A DNA stretch of 64,000 nt from Octopus sinensis (Eukaryota): assembly GCF_006345805.1 (NCBI RefSeq), contig NC_043001.1, positions 100,750,001 to 100,814,000 of the forward strand. The letters are read 5' to 3'. Below are positions 63,403-64,000 of the stretch, one piece after another; position 1 is the first letter of the stretch; each line of letters starts with the position of its first letter. The position numbers and the translations under genes were made by a program. Under the pieces are notes generated by a model. It saw only the letters and a list, made by a program, of their open reading frames with translations, had not been told where the DNA came from and made no database searches.

Positions 63403-63494
63403 TGGACATCATAATTTCTGTTGAAGCTGATGGCTCTTTGGAATGCACAAAACAGTTGAACAGAAGAAAGTCTTCAAAGAAGAGACCCACTGAA
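63403..63494 (+). other. Candidate internal exon (coding status unknown)
   Basis: TTCTCTTTTTAG| acceptor, |GTAAGT donor and an open frame (V)DIIISVEADGSLECTKQLNRRKSSKKRPTE. No homology recognised. Confidence 0.25.
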
Positions 63495-64000
63495 GTAAGT
63501 GTTTCAGCCTTGAACTTCTTACACCAGGCCACACCCAGGTCAGGACCCCGTGGGTACCCTTCTGTAACTCCTCTCCATTGACTCAGCTTTCAAGCTCGAA
63601 CTTAAAAGAGAAATAATGTTGGCTGTCATGGTCGCAGTGAAATGCTAACACTACCACAATGACTCACCCAGAGTTACTTCCCTTAACATTAAAATACAAA
63701 ATTATTGCCTTGAAATGGTATGGAGGTTGTTACTGTTCCTCCTTGACCAGATCCAGCTGGAACATCTCTCCACTGTCTCTTATATCACCTTTAGAGACTT
63801 GATCCTGTTCATCCCAAAGACTGAGAATTGTTTCATTAGATTGCGAGCAGATTTGCCCACTAAGCCTCTGGTTCCAAGCTCTAGAGTCAGAACCTTGATC
63901 CGGAATTAGGCTTTCCTCTGGCTATTAGCCAAACTGGAATATTTTCCAGTCTTGAACACATGTGCTTCTTTTAGTCTACTTTCAAATGGCAAGGTGAGTT

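Overview
AT-rich, gene-poor eukaryotic DNA. The repeat families and microsatellite density suggest an octopus-like cephalopod intron or intergenic region (inference from repeat recognition, not a search). No intact, recognisable protein-coding gene is present. Almost all listed ORFs are microsatellite read-throughs or decayed transposon frames. The window holds three tRNA-derived SINE families (about 14 copies), at least 14 5'-truncated copies of an RTE-type LINE ending in (GAT)n, and remnants of Penelope-like, CRE-like, R4/Dong-like, CR1/L2 and Jockey-like retroelements. It also holds three mariner relics, Helitron pieces, and hAT- and piggyBac-type MITEs. The most interesting signal is a set of hammerhead-ribozyme (HHR) motifs in short islands embedded in (TA)n. 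The best is a 208-bp palindrome (40501-40708) with one type-I hammerhead on each strand. Several degenerate relatives occur nearby, some with a compensatory U3-A8 core. Other notable items are an A-B-A-B higher-order tandem amplification of the RTE 3'UTR (30.3-31.95 kb), a candidate RFX X-box/YY1 element, and weak candidate exons near the window end.
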